A stretch of 41,235 nt of DNA from Minisyncoccota bacterium (GCA_036517235.1 DATDXL010000013.1:1-41235), one strand, 5' to 3'; positions 1 through 9,526 are shown, counted from the stretch's first letter. Numbers and translations: made by a program. Notes: generated by a model from the sequence alone, not told the origin.

Positions 1-444
1 GTGCGTAAAGAGGACGAGGTGATGCTTGGTACGGCTCCCGAGCTCTCTGAGCTCATTCAGACGCTCACCAAAGAGGAGCTGAGTAAAGATCTCGGCAAAG
101 CCGGTCTTGAAACGCTCTCTATCATTCTCTACTTCGGTCCCATCACTCGGTCTGAAATAGACTATATACGCGGAGTCAACTCAACGTTCGTCCTTCGGAC
201 ACTTCTCATACGCGGCCTCATCGAACGAGTCCAGAACAAAGCCGACCAGCGAAGCTTTCTATACAAACCCACCTTTGAGCTTCTCTCGCATCTTGGCATC
301 AAAGATATACAGCACTTGCCTGAATATAAGGTAGCCAGGAACGAACTTGAGGCGTTCAGAAAGGCCCAGTCCGAGCGAGACGAGTCCGAAAAAACGCTCG
401 AGCAGGCGCAATCTGCGCCGCAATCAACTCCCTTGGTATCATGA
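1..444 (+). CDS. scpB: Segregation and condensation protein B (ScpB), 5' end cut by window edge
   Basis: Winged-helix ScpB-like stretch GPITRSEIDYIRGVNSTFVLRTLLIRGLIERV. Stop overlaps the next start (ATGA at 441-444). Confidence 0.85.
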   Translation: MRKEDEVMLGTAPELSELIQTLTKEELSKDLGKAGLETLSIILYFGPITRSEIDYIRGVNSTFVLRTLLIRGLIERVQNKADQRSFLYKPTFELLSHLGIKDIQHLPEYKVARNELEAFRKAQSERDESEKTLEQAQSAPQSTPLVS

Positions 445-1472
445 ATGTGAACATGAAACCGTATGAACCGTCACCTGTACCGCTCTGGGCGATGAACCTG
501 GTAGGTTTTTGTATGGTCATCACAGGTTCGCTTTTTTTGATACAAACCTACGCAGATGACCTCATTGCCTCTCGTACCGCGATCAGGATGGCAGCAATAA
601 AGACACTCCCTCTTCCCGAACGGCTTGTAGTAAACCCTTTTAAAGATATCTCTCTTGATGCAAAAGCGGCAGTGGTATACGACGTATCGCGTGAACGATT
701 TATCTATGCCCTTAATGAAGAATCTCAGCTTCCGTTGGCTTCCATAACCAAGCTCATGACTGCCATCGTTTCGTCAGAGACCCTCCCCAGCTTCACCGTC
801 GTACCCATCGTCAAACGCGACATCGAGTACGATCCTAAACTCAAGGTAGGAGAGCGTTGGACCTTGAGCGAACTGTTGCAATATACGCTCATAACCTCTT
901 CCAATACTGGAGCCGACTCGGTAGCCCTCGCCACGGCTTCATTTCTTGAAGGGCAGGGGACGGAGGATATCTCTGACACCGTTCCTAACAGATTCGTTGC
1001 TTCTATGAACGCCAAAGCGAGCGAGCTTGGATTGACCCAAACCTATTTCCTCAACGGCTCCGGTCTTGATACCTATAAAAATGTCGGGGGGGGCTACGGT
1101 TCGGCAAAAGATGTCGCTCTGCTCACGGCCTATATGTTAGAAAAACATGACGATCTCTTTGAAGTGACCCGAGAAGAAACAATGGCTTTCAAAGCACCGG
1201 ACGGACGGACGGTGGAGGCAAAAAATACCAATGCTACGGTTGCCAGCGTTCCTGGATTACTCGGATCGAAAACAGGGCTTACAGACCTAGCAGGCGGCAA
1301 TCTCTCTATCGCTTTTGACGCAAGCTTCGGCGAACCGTTCATCATCACTATTCTTGGTTCTACGCAAGAAGGAAGATTCCAGGATATGCAAAAGCTCTTA
1401 GTAGCCACCATAGACTATCTAGGATCGGCCATTCTAACAGAGGAGACGATGACGTCTCCCGAGACACGATAA
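441..1472 (+). CDS. D-alanyl-D-alanine carboxypeptidase (peptidase S11, PBP5-like), N-terminal membrane anchor
   Basis: Three penicillin-binding motifs are present in order: SxxK (ASITKLM), SxN (TSSNTG), KTG (GSKTGLT). Confidence 0.85.
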   Translation: MNVNMKPYEPSPVPLWAMNLVGFCMVITGSLFLIQTYADDLIASRTAIRMAAIKTLPLPERLVVNPFKDISLDAKAAVVYDVSRERFIYALNEESQLPLASITKLMTAIVSSETLPSFTVVPIVKRDIEYDPKLKVGERWTLSELLQYTLITSSNTGADSVALATASFLEGQGTEDISDTVPNRFVASMNAKASELGLTQTYFLNGSGLDTYKNVGGGYGSAKDVALLTAYMLEKHDDLFEVTREETMAFKAPDGRTVEAKNTNATVASVPGLLGSKTGLTDLAGGNLSIAFDASFGEPFIITILGSTQEGRFQDMQKLLVATIDYLGSAILTEETMTSPETR

Positions 1473-1479
1473 GAAAAAC

Positions 1480-2550
1480 ATGATCCTCGATGTTGTAAAG
1501 ATATTCGTACCGACTACACTCAGTTTCTTTCTGGGGATAGGCATCTCTACCATACTCAATCATTATCTCTACAAATACAAAGTATGGAAAAAACAACCCG
1601 GTAAGAAGACTTTTTCAGGCGAGGATACTCCGATATTCAATGAGCTCCACAGAACTCGTGAGGTAGGCGTCCCAAAAATGGGAGGCATTCTGATCTGGGC
1701 AAGCCCGCTTGTAACACTCTTCCTCCTGCTTCTCATAGGATGGTTATTTCCGGAAGAGGGGACCCGAAAACTCTTGTTCCTCAGTCGTGACCAAACCTGG
1801 ATCCCATTCGCAACGCTGATCATCGGTGGACTCATCGGTCTCATTGATGACTACCTGGAGGTGCGAGGATCAGGAGACCACATCGGAGGGGGGTTATCGC
1901 TCAAAAAACGCCTGATGATTGTATCTTGCCTCTCATTGCTTATCGCATTCTGGTTCTATGTAAAACTCGAAACGCATGCCATAGGAGTTCCTTTCGTGGG
2001 AGCGATCGACATCGGATGGTTCTTTATACCCCTCTTCTTACTTGTCACTCTCGGCATTTACGCAGGTGGCGTCATAGACGGCATCGACGGGCTTGCGGGG
2101 GGTATTTTTGCCGCGATATTCGCAGCGTACGCGGGCATCGCCTTCTTCCAACAACAGATAAACCTTGCTGCCTTTTGCCTCACCGTCGTAGGCGCGATAC
2201 TCGCATTCCTCTGGTTCAATATACCCCCTGCGCGTTTTTACATGTCTGAGACAGGAAGCATGGCTCTCACGCTGACACTTGCGGTCGTTGCCTTTCTGAC
2301 CGATTCCGTAGATGGCGGCCATGGGGTCTTCGTGCTCCCCATCATCGCATTGCCTTTGGTGCTCACCGTTCTCTCCGACATCATGCAAGTGGTATCAAAG
2401 AAGTTTCGCGGGAAAAAAATATTTCTGGTAGCACCTCTCCATCATCATTTCGAAGCTTTGGGATGGCCGCCCTACAAGGTGACCATGCGTTACTGGGTTA
2501 TCGGTGTTATCTTTGCGGTTATGGGCATGATCGTTGGAATCATTGGATAG
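1480..2550 (+). CDS. mraY: Phospho-N-acetylmuramoyl-pentapeptide transferase
   Basis: Polytopic membrane protein with the MraY motifs IDDYLEV, DGIDGLAGG and APLHHHFE. Confidence 0.95.
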   Translation: MILDVVKIFVPTTLSFFLGIGISTILNHYLYKYKVWKKQPGKKTFSGEDTPIFNELHRTREVGVPKMGGILIWASPLVTLFLLLLIGWLFPEEGTRKLLFLSRDQTWIPFATLIIGGLIGLIDDYLEVRGSGDHIGGGLSLKKRLMIVSCLSLLIAFWFYVKLETHAIGVPFVGAIDIGWFFIPLFLLVTLGIYAGGVIDGIDGLAGGIFAAIFAAYAGIAFFQQQINLAAFCLTVVGAILAFLWFNIPPARFYMSETGSMALTLTLAVVAFLTDSVDGGHGVFVLPIIALPLVLTVLSDIMQVVSKKFRGKKIFLVAPLHHHFEALGWPPYKVTMRYWVIGVIFAVMGMIVGIIG

Positions 2551-2556
2551 AAAACT

Positions 2557-3666
2557 ATGTGGCAAACACGTAATCCTGTAAACGGGTGGCTCCTGACCAT
2601 ACTCCTTATGCTGATAGGCTTCGGTTTTATCATCTTTCTTTCGGCATCTGTAGGACTCGTGGCGCGTGATTCGGGAGCGGATTTTAAATCAATCGTCTTC
2701 AGTCAGACCGTTCTGGGACTCTTGCCCGGACTAGCGCTTATGTACATACTCTCCCGCCTTTCCTATAAAACGTTCCGTCGGATTTCTTTTTATCTTCTGT
2801 TGGTCGCTATCGCCATCTCGCTTCTCGTCTTTATCCCGGGGATCGGCTTCGAGCACGGAGGAGCCCAGCGTTGGATATCCGTGGGTTCTCACACCTTTCA
2901 ACCATCTGAACTCCTCAAGATCGCTATCATCATTTATCTAGCGGCGTGGCTTGCGGCATTCAAGCACAAAGCAACCACTATCCAGTGGGGTGTCCTTCCT
3001 TTTCTCGTTATAATCATCGGGGTCGGCGGGGGACTCCTCTTAAGCCAGCCTGATATAGATACCTTCCTGGTCATCATCGCGAGTTCTACGGCAATGTACT
3101 TTGTGGCGGGAGCGAAATGGAAACACATCGCAGGCTTCCTCATACTAATGCTCATCATCGGCACTGCGCTCATTTTCACGTTTCCCTATGCCAAAGAACG
3201 CATACTTACGTTCGTCGACCCCTCACGTGACTCGCTAGGCGCAGGCTACCAGATCCAGCAGTCCTTGATAGCCATCGGATCCGGAGGCCTTTTTGGGAGA
3301 GGTTTCGGAAAAAGCATCCAAAAATTCAACTACCTTCCCGAACCGATAGGGGATAGCGTCTATGCGGTTGCCAGTGAGGAATTCGGATTTTTCGGTAGCT
3401 CTTGCCTTCTCCTGCTCTTCTTTCTGCTTGCCCATCAAGGGTTGCGTGTCGCATCGCGCGCACCTGACCTCTTTGGGAGACTGCTTGCTACCGGCATTGT
3501 CATCATGTTCGTCTCCCAGGCCTTTGACAACATCGGCGCGATGATAGGTCTTTTTCCGCTCTCAGGCATAACCCTGCCATTCGTCAGCCACGGGGGCTCG
3601 GCGCTTCTCTTTACACTTGCGGAAGCGGGGATGTTGCTTTCGATTTCAAGAGCTTCGCACCAGTAG
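2557..3666 (+). CDS. ftsW: SEDS-family peptidoglycan polymerase (FtsW/RodA/SpoVE)
   Basis: About 10 TM helices, the conserved QQSLIAIGSGGLFGRGFG and LPEPIGDSVYA blocks, and a position between mraY and murG. Confidence 0.9.
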   Translation: MWQTRNPVNGWLLTILLMLIGFGFIIFLSASVGLVARDSGADFKSIVFSQTVLGLLPGLALMYILSRLSYKTFRRISFYLLLVAIAISLLVFIPGIGFEHGGAQRWISVGSHTFQPSELLKIAIIIYLAAWLAAFKHKATTIQWGVLPFLVIIIGVGGGLLLSQPDIDTFLVIIASSTAMYFVAGAKWKHIAGFLILMLIIGTALIFTFPYAKERILTFVDPSRDSLGAGYQIQQSLIAIGSGGLFGRGFGKSIQKFNYLPEPIGDSVYAVASEEFGFFGSSCLLLLFFLLAHQGLRVASRAPDLFGRLLATGIVIMFVSQAFDNIGAMIGLFPLSGITLPFVSHGGSALLFTLAEAGMLLSISRASHQ

Positions 3667-3698
3667 TAACCCAAACGTATCGTGTATACTTAAGAGGT

Positions 3699-4826
3699 AT
3701 GAGAATATTACTCACCGGAGGCGGTTCCGGGGGACATTTCTACCCCCTCATCGCCGTTGCTGAAGAACTCAACCGAATAGCGCGTGAAGAAAAACTCGTC
3801 AAACCCGAGCTCTATTTCATGTCCGACGAACCCTATGATCAAAAGGCGCTCTTTGATAACGATATCGAATTTCGTCGTGTACCAGCGGGCAAGTTACGCA
3901 GATACGCATCCCTGCAAAACGCTCTAGATGTACTAAAGACAACTCTTGGAGTCATACGTGCCCTTGTTTCCGTCTTTTGGATATATCCTGATGTTATTTT
4001 CAGCAAGGGGGGATATGGAAGCTTCCCCGCGACATTTGCCGCAAGAATACTCAGAATCCCGCTCTTTATCCACGAATCGGACACTGTTCCTGGGCGGGCG
4101 AACGGGCGAGCAGGAAAACAAGCGGCAAGGATAGCTGTTACTTTTGCGGAAACGGCACAGTATTTTCCAAAAACTAAAGTGGCATGGACAGGGACTCCTA
4201 TCCGAAATGCCTTGCGAGAGGTTGCTAAGGAGGGAGCCCATGAACTGCTACAGTTCGAAAAGACGGTTCCGACCATCCTGGTCCTCGGTGGCTCCCTCGG
4301 CGCGGAGATAATCAATAATGCAATACTGGACTCGCTCCCAAACCTTGTGAACGAATTCCAGATCATACACCAGACCGGCGAGAAAAATCTGACGGTAGTT
4401 TCAGGCATAAGCAAGACGATACTCGAAAAGAACGCCCACGCCGCTAGGTATAAACCGTTCGATTTTCTACACGACGAAGCTCTCACTACCGCCGCGGGAG
4501 CAAGTGACCTCGTGGTCTCGCGTGCGGGTGCGGGAGCTCTATCTGAGATAGCCCTCTGGGGAAAACCGTCGCTCATCATCCCCATTACGGACAGCAACGG
4601 AGACCATCAACGAAAAAACGCCATCGCCTATGAGAATGCCGGAGCCTGCATCGTCATCGAAGAAGCCAACCTCAAGCCACATATTCTTATTACCGAGATT
4701 CGAAGGATCATCGGAGACCAAAAGCTTCGCGAGCGGATGTCTGAGAACGCCCTTAAATTCGCAAAACCGGACGCTGCCGAGAAGATTGCGCGCGCGATAA
4801 TCACTCTTGCCCTCAAACACGAATAG
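3699..4826 (+). CDS. murG: UDP-N-acetylglucosamine--lipid I N-acetylglucosamine transferase
   Basis: N-terminal GGGSGGHFYP glycine loop, a GT28 C-terminal domain, and the dcw context. Confidence 0.95.
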   Translation: MRILLTGGGSGGHFYPLIAVAEELNRIAREEKLVKPELYFMSDEPYDQKALFDNDIEFRRVPAGKLRRYASLQNALDVLKTTLGVIRALVSVFWIYPDVIFSKGGYGSFPATFAARILRIPLFIHESDTVPGRANGRAGKQAARIAVTFAETAQYFPKTKVAWTGTPIRNALREVAKEGAHELLQFEKTVPTILVLGGSLGAEIINNAILDSLPNLVNEFQIIHQTGEKNLTVVSGISKTILEKNAHAARYKPFDFLHDEALTTAAGASDLVVSRAGAGALSEIALWGKPSLIIPITDSNGDHQRKNAIAYENAGACIVIEEANLKPHILITEIRRIIGDQKLRERMSENALKFAKPDAAEKIARAIITLALKHE

Positions 4827-4864
4827 GGATAACCCTTGAATGTCGGTGATTTTACGTAAGTACT

Positions 4865-4904
4865 ATCCTATTATTATTTGACGGTCGTCATATTATAATA
4901 GGAT
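4865..4904. repeat. Imperfect 40-nt palindrome upstream of the PaaX-like gene
   Basis: ATCCTATTATTATTTGACGGTCGTCATATTATAATAGGAT, with 2 mismatches between the arms. It is related in sequence to the palindrome at 5505-5548. Confidence 0.8.
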
Positions 4905-4924
4905 GTCTCATCGGACCATAAAAT

Positions 4925-5494
4925 ATGGGGAAATTAGAGCAATCAGTGAAAATCCGCACGCGGAATACGAAAATAACTCGTGCAATACTTCTTACGTTGT
5001 TACTCGCAACAGCAGCCGCACTAAACCCGCAGGCACTAGTACGGGGAGTGCTGAAGGAATTAAAATCACCTAAGAGCAAACGTCGCGACTCACAAAATGC
5101 GATCTATGTAGCACGTGCTCGGCTTGCCAAGCAAGGACTTATCGAGTACCGAGAAGGCTTCTGGGAGGCAACAATCAAGGGAAGGAGGGCATTTCAAGTA
5201 ATGACTCTTTCTGAACAAATCCGAAAAAAACCTCGACGGTGGGATAAGAAGTGGCGTCTTCTTATTTTTGACATCACAGAATCAAAAAGAGGATTGCGGG
5301 CAAAAGTTCGAAACACACTTTCTACAATGGGGTTTCGAAAACTTCAGAACAGTGTCTGGGTGTATCCGTATGATTGTGAAGATCTTATTGCCCTCCTTAA
5401 GGCAGATTTTGAAATCGGAAAGGAGCTTCTGTATATCATCGCCGATGAAGTTGAAAATGATCACTGGCTAAAAAGGGAATTCCAGTTATCTTGA
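4925..5494 (+). CDS. PaaX-like / Cas2-fold winged-helix regulator (family call tentative)
   Basis: An N-terminal wHTH-like segment (ARLAKQGLIEYREGFWEATIKGR) is followed by WRLLIFDITESKRGLRAKVRNTLSTMGFRKLQNSVWVYP. The latter is typical of the PaaX C-terminal/Cas2-like ferredoxin fold. Confidence 0.6.
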   Translation: MGKLEQSVKIRTRNTKITRAILLTLLLATAAALNPQALVRGVLKELKSPKSKRRDSQNAIYVARARLAKQGLIEYREGFWEATIKGRRAFQVMTLSEQIRKKPRRWDKKWRLLIFDITESKRGLRAKVRNTLSTMGFRKLQNSVWVYPYDCEDLIALLKADFEIGKELLYIIADEVENDHWLKREFQLS

Positions 5495-5504
5495 TTGCCT
5501 ACAT

Positions 5505-5548
5505 GAATCCTATAATAATAGTGCGGTCGCACTATTATTATAGGATTC
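5505..5548. repeat. Perfect 21-bp-arm palindrome downstream of the PaaX-like gene (possible bidirectional terminator or operator)
   Basis: GAATCCTATAATAATAGTGCG-GT-CGCACTATTATTATAGGATTC, located between convergent genes. Confidence 0.85.
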
Positions 5549-5629
5549 GGAAAAAGGGTAAAAAGTGTGTGAACGAAAAAACAGCCTCGACCCAGGGAAG
5601 GGGAGGCTGTTGGGGAAGAACGGGACGTC

Positions 5630-6100
5630 TCAACGGTGGTAGATGTCTTCGTCGGACATGGGTACTTGATCCTGCGACCGATGGTCCTCAGACAAAGGCA
5701 TCTGCCGAGAACTCAAGTCGTTCGTGTTGAAATGAAGGATATAGCGGTGAGGGTCAATAAGTTGACGAACTAAATTGCTTGAAAAGCCCGTTTCTTGCGC
5801 CATTCCTGCTACTACTTGAGGAATGCGGTAACCTTCTTTCAACTGGATTGGTTTGCCTGTCAGGAGCTCCTCAACAAAAGCTCTCTCAACGACCCGACGA
5901 TTGTACTCATCAGCTTGCCTTTCGTGCACTATTCTTTTTTGGACCTCAGCTGTAACACTTACAATGCCAATGAGGGAGCCGAGAGAAAGAGCGGCGCCAA
6001 TAAGAATAGGCTTGTATCCTTTTCCAAAGACAAAAAAGACTATTCCCATCACTAAGATGCCGAAAAGGAGTAGCCCGACGACAGATTGAAAGGTATTCAT
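5630..6100 (-). CDS. Hypothetical membrane protein (2 N-terminal TM helices plus a soluble tail)
   Basis: This is the only long ORF in the interval. It has a hydrophobic N-terminus (VVGLLLFGILVMGIVFFVF, ILIGAALSLGSLIGIV). No family was recognised. Confidence 0.5.
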   Translation of the reverse strand: MNTFQSVVGLLLFGILVMGIVFFVFGKGYKPILIGAALSLGSLIGIVSVTAEVQKRIVHERQADEYNRRVVERAFVEELLTGKPIQLKEGYRIPQVVAGMAQETGFSSNLVRQLIDPHRYILHFNTNDLSSRQMPLSEDHRSQDQVPMSDEDIYHR

Positions 6101-6232
6101 AGTATCTTAAATGTGCCAAGTCAGCCACGTGCGTAATTTGACGCACGTTTAGAAACCGACATTTCTGATTGTCAGAATATCATAAATATAACACATGTCA
6201 ATGGCAGCGTCTCCATTTCAAAGTATGCTAAA

Positions 6233-7591
6233 ATGACTTTTATGCCAGACTCGCAACCGATCGTATGTCGCTTCGCGCCAAGCCCAACGGGATTTCTCCA
6301 TGTCGGGGGGGCACGCTCCGCGCTATTCAACTATCTCTTTGCCAAGCAGAATAACGGCAAGCTGATTTTGCGCATTGAAGACACTGATAAGGAACGTTCA
6401 AAGCCGGAGTATGAAAAAGATATTTTGGACGCGTTTGAGTGGCTCCAGATCGACTTTGATGAGACTTACCGCCAATCAGAGCGCCTCGATATACATAAAA
6501 AGCAACTAGCCAGACTGCTTGAGTCCGGTGCCGCGTTCCACTCAAAAGAAATGGTCACTGAAGCGGGCCAGCGCTCCGACGTGATACGGTTCAAGAACCC
6601 CAACAAACACGTTGCGTTCGATGACCTCATCAAGGGGCGCGTGGAATTCGATACCACCGAGCTTGGAGACTTCGTCATCGCCAAGAGCGAAGACGAACCC
6701 ATTTTCCACCTGGCAAACGTTATCGACGATGCAGACATGGGCATTACGCACATCATCCGTGGCGAAGAACATATCTCCAACACGCCGCGCCAAATCCTTC
6801 TTTGGGAAGCCCTCGGCGTCACACCGCCTATTTACGCCCATATACCCCTCATACTCGCACCTGATCGGTCAAAACTCTCAAAAAGAAAGCACGGAGAGAC
6901 TGTCTCTGTAAAATATTACCGCGACCGAGGATACCTACCCGAAGCGCTCACCAACTATCTTGCGTTCCTCGGGTGGAACCCGGGCGACGAGCGTGAAGTG
7001 CTCTCGAGAGATGTGCTCATCAAGGAATTCCGCCTGGATAAGGTGCAAAAAGGTGGTGCGATATTCTCTGTCGAGAAACTTAACTGGATGAACAAAGCCT
7101 ACCTTCTCCAAGCTCCTCGTGACAAAGTTATCGCGAATATCACGGACAGATTGTCGGCGTGGGGCAGATTCTCTTCCTTCACGCTCCACCAAATCGATAC
7201 GCTCGCGGCGCTGGTCCTCGACCGCATCCACTATTTCGGCGAAATCGAAGAAATGCTCACAGCAGGAGAGTTCGACTACCTCCTTCAGGTACCATCCTAC
7301 AAAAAAGAAGCCTTGCTCTGGAGTAAGCATCCAGATCCGGAAACAGCGAAAAAGCATCTGGCACATGTAATCTCATTGCTCTCTGGAACGTCTCAAACTA
7401 TCGATGCTCCAAACATTAAATCGATACTGCTCCCCTACGCCGAAAAAGAAGGGAAGGGGGAAGTGCTCTGGCCGCTCCGATTCGCTCTTTCAGGACGTGA
7501 GAAATCGATAGATCCGTTCAATCTCGTCGCGATACTGGGACGAGATGAGAGCGTCGTCCGCCTCCAAAACGCGCTGTTTCTGTTACAATAA
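6233..7591 (+). CDS. gltX: Glutamyl-tRNA synthetase
   Basis: Class I motifs are present: RFAPSPTGFLHVGGARSALFNY (HIGH region) and KLSKRK (KMSKS). The start could be the second ATG at 6242. Confidence 0.95.
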   Translation: MTFMPDSQPIVCRFAPSPTGFLHVGGARSALFNYLFAKQNNGKLILRIEDTDKERSKPEYEKDILDAFEWLQIDFDETYRQSERLDIHKKQLARLLESGAAFHSKEMVTEAGQRSDVIRFKNPNKHVAFDDLIKGRVEFDTTELGDFVIAKSEDEPIFHLANVIDDADMGITHIIRGEEHISNTPRQILLWEALGVTPPIYAHIPLILAPDRSKLSKRKHGETVSVKYYRDRGYLPEALTNYLAFLGWNPGDEREVLSRDVLIKEFRLDKVQKGGAIFSVEKLNWMNKAYLLQAPRDKVIANITDRLSAWGRFSSFTLHQIDTLAALVLDRIHYFGEIEEMLTAGEFDYLLQVPSYKKEALLWSKHPDPETAKKHLAHVISLLSGTSQTIDAPNIKSILLPYAEKEGKGEVLWPLRFALSGREKSIDPFNLVAILGRDESVVRLQNALFLLQ

Positions 7592-7632
7592 AGGTCCGAC
7601 GAAACCCGATTTCGTCTGATAGGGAAAAACCT

Positions 7633-8931
7633 GTGAAAATTCGCACGCATGTCTTCATGTTATTAGCTACGTTAGTGTTCATCACGCTTCCATTCGTCGC
7701 ATCATCCCAAGAAGCTCCCGACCGTGAGAGGGAGCTTGCAGACCTTATCGATGCTCGATCTAGCGCCATCGCAGACCTCGAGAAAGAGATAGCAGGATAC
7801 CAAGAGCAGCTCAAATCGATTGATGGTGATAAAAAAACCCTCCAAAATCAGATAAAAAGCCTCGACATAACGAGGAAAAAATTGGTCGCAGACCTCAGCA
7901 TCACCGAAAACAAGATTACTCGAACCAACTTGCAGCTTGAGAACCTTGCCTTAGATATCAATGACAAAGAGGTGCGGATCAGTACAAGCCGTAGAGCAGT
8001 CGCTGCAGGCCTTCGGGTGGTCAATGAGCACGATGAGCGTACCTTTGTGGAAAGCCTGCTTTCAAGTCAGAATCTTTCAGATGCCTGGGAAGATGTGGAA
8101 ACCATCCAGAACGTACAGATGGGGATACAACAGAGAATTGCTGCGCTGGGTGAGATCAAGACTGACCTTGAAGACAGGCAGGCTGAGTCAACACGCATAA
8201 AAGATGAGCTCATACGGCTTAAATCTAATCTCTCGGGTCAGAAAAAAGTCATCGAGTACAATACGAAAGAAAAGAATTCTCTTCTCACGACCACCAAGAA
8301 CAGTGAAGCAAACTACCAAAAGCTCCTGAATGAAAAGGTGGCACTTCGGGATGCGTTCGAGAAAGAGCTCCTTGGATTTGAATCAGAGCTGAAACTTCTC
8401 AAAGACCCGTCAAGTATTCCCACACCACAGCAAGGGATACTTTCATGGCCTTTAAACTCGATCCGTATTACACAATACTTCGGCAATACGACGTTTGCAA
8501 AAAATAACCCCCAGGTCTACAACGGAAATGGTCATAATGGAATCGACCTTGCCGCTTCCGTCGGAACGCCCATAAAAGCGGCGCGGGATGGGGAAGTCAC
8601 GGCGACCGGAGATACCGACGCAGTATGCCCGGGGGCATCCTACGGCAAATGGATCCTTATAGAGCATGACAACGGTCTTTCGACCCTCTACGCGCATCTC
8701 TCGGTCATTTCTCTCTCTAAAGGAGACGCTGTAGGCCAAGGTCTCACCGTAGGCTATAGCGGAAACACCGGCTATTCGACCGGCCCGCACCTTCATTTCA
8801 CGGTCTACGCGACGCAAGGCCTTATAGTCGCCAACAGAAAGAGCCGTGTATGCGGAGGCACCTACACGATGCCTATCGCAGACCTCCGAGCGTATCTTAA
8901 CCCCATACCGTATTTGCCCGCACTTCCATAA
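7633..8931 (+). CDS. M23 family metallopeptidase with N-terminal coiled coil (EnvC-like architecture)
   Basis: Signal/anchor segment, a long heptad-rich region, and a C-terminal M23 core (HNGIDLAA ... YAHLS ... GYSTGPHLHF). GTG start. Confidence 0.9.
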   Translation: MKIRTHVFMLLATLVFITLPFVASSQEAPDRERELADLIDARSSAIADLEKEIAGYQEQLKSIDGDKKTLQNQIKSLDITRKKLVADLSITENKITRTNLQLENLALDINDKEVRISTSRRAVAAGLRVVNEHDERTFVESLLSSQNLSDAWEDVETIQNVQMGIQQRIAALGEIKTDLEDRQAESTRIKDELIRLKSNLSGQKKVIEYNTKEKNSLLTTTKNSEANYQKLLNEKVALRDAFEKELLGFESELKLLKDPSSIPTPQQGILSWPLNSIRITQYFGNTTFAKNNPQVYNGNGHNGIDLAASVGTPIKAARDGEVTATGDTDAVCPGASYGKWILIEHDNGLSTLYAHLSVISLSKGDAVGQGLTVGYSGNTGYSTGPHLHFTVYATQGLIVANRKSRVCGGTYTMPIADLRAYLNPIPYLPALP

Positions 8932-9062
8932 ATGGTATATACTTGAGTCCACCCGTCAAAATTTATGACTTATTGGAGCACAATTACTAAAGAAAAAATG
9001 CTAAAAACAATAAGGCTTTTTCTGGGGCGAAATATTATTCGGTATTAAATGTAGGCAGGTAA

Positions 9063-9296
9063 ATGAAAAAAAACGACCAGCGAGGGATTATTCACCTCAT
9101 TGTTCTCATCTTCGTAGCCCTTTTAGCCCTAAGCTACTTCGGTATAGACCTCGAAGAGGTCTTTACGAAGCCTCTTTTGAAGAAAAATATCAACTTTACG
9201 TGGGATAAGTCAAAGGAGATTTGGACTGACTATGTCTATGAACCCATCATGAATATCTTCAATAAAAAGGACGGTGACACTGATACTACAGAATAA
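9063..9296 (+). CDS. Small hypothetical membrane protein (77 aa, one TM)
   Basis: ATG ORF with a TM segment (IIHLIVLIFVALLALSYFGI). No family was recognised. Confidence 0.45.
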   Translation: MKKNDQRGIIHLIVLIFVALLALSYFGIDLEEVFTKPLLKKNINFTWDKSKEIWTDYVYEPIMNIFNKKDGDTDTTE

Positions 9297-9526
9297 ACTA
9301 CGACCGAATAGGAATTTCTTATTGCCTAACGAGTGGGCGACCGAACGTTGAGGCGATTGAGGAGCTCAGGCGACGAAATACTGAGCACAGCAGTGCGAAC
9401 GTAAGGAATACTGAGGCCAGTAGGCCGAATGTGCGGAGAGAAAACGTATCCTCGTTTTCTCTCCCGAACTGGGACGGCAACAAAGGTTTAAATACAGACT
9501 TTATCTACAGTATCTTTTGCGACATA

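Noticed and set aside
3685-3698. murG as another leaderless gene (TATACT 8 nt before the ATG).
   Set aside because: The same 8 nt contain AAGAGG, and murG follows ftsW by only 32 nt, so operon read-through with a close-set SD is at least as likely. It was not counted in the leaderless list.
4066-4074. TTATCCACG near-consensus DnaA box inside murG.
   Set aside because: It is a single isolated 8/9 match within coding sequence, with no cluster, so chance occurrence is expected.
3839-4597. Long antisense or overlapping ORFs inside well-supported genes. Examples: 3839-4597 (-) in murG, 20124-20687 (-) over the dnaB start, 13456-13959 (-), 15237-15716 (+) in ctpA, 30831-31382 (+) in PGI/PMI, 36400-37272 (+) in GT4, 39280-40395 (+) in the S8 protease, and 6935-7366 (-) in gltX.
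   Set aside because: Each lies opposite or out of frame to a gene with unmistakable family motifs. Their proteins are Arg/Ser/Pro-rich shadow-frame products with no recognisable domains.
9430-9439. A 10-nt match (GTGCGGAGAG) to the 3' T-stem/acceptor part of tRNA-Pro at the far end of the islet, read as a possible att site.
   Set aside because: Only 10 nt match and the flanks disagree. Several chance 10-mer matches to a 71-nt query are expected in about 82 kb of two-strand sequence. No integrase is present.
9301-9440. Degenerate tandem repeats as a possible CRISPR array or minisatellite.
   Set aside because: The units are 25-37 nt and poorly conserved, with no repeat-spacer regularity and no cas genes. 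The stretch is also in frame with the downstream ORF, so it may be degenerate coding sequence.
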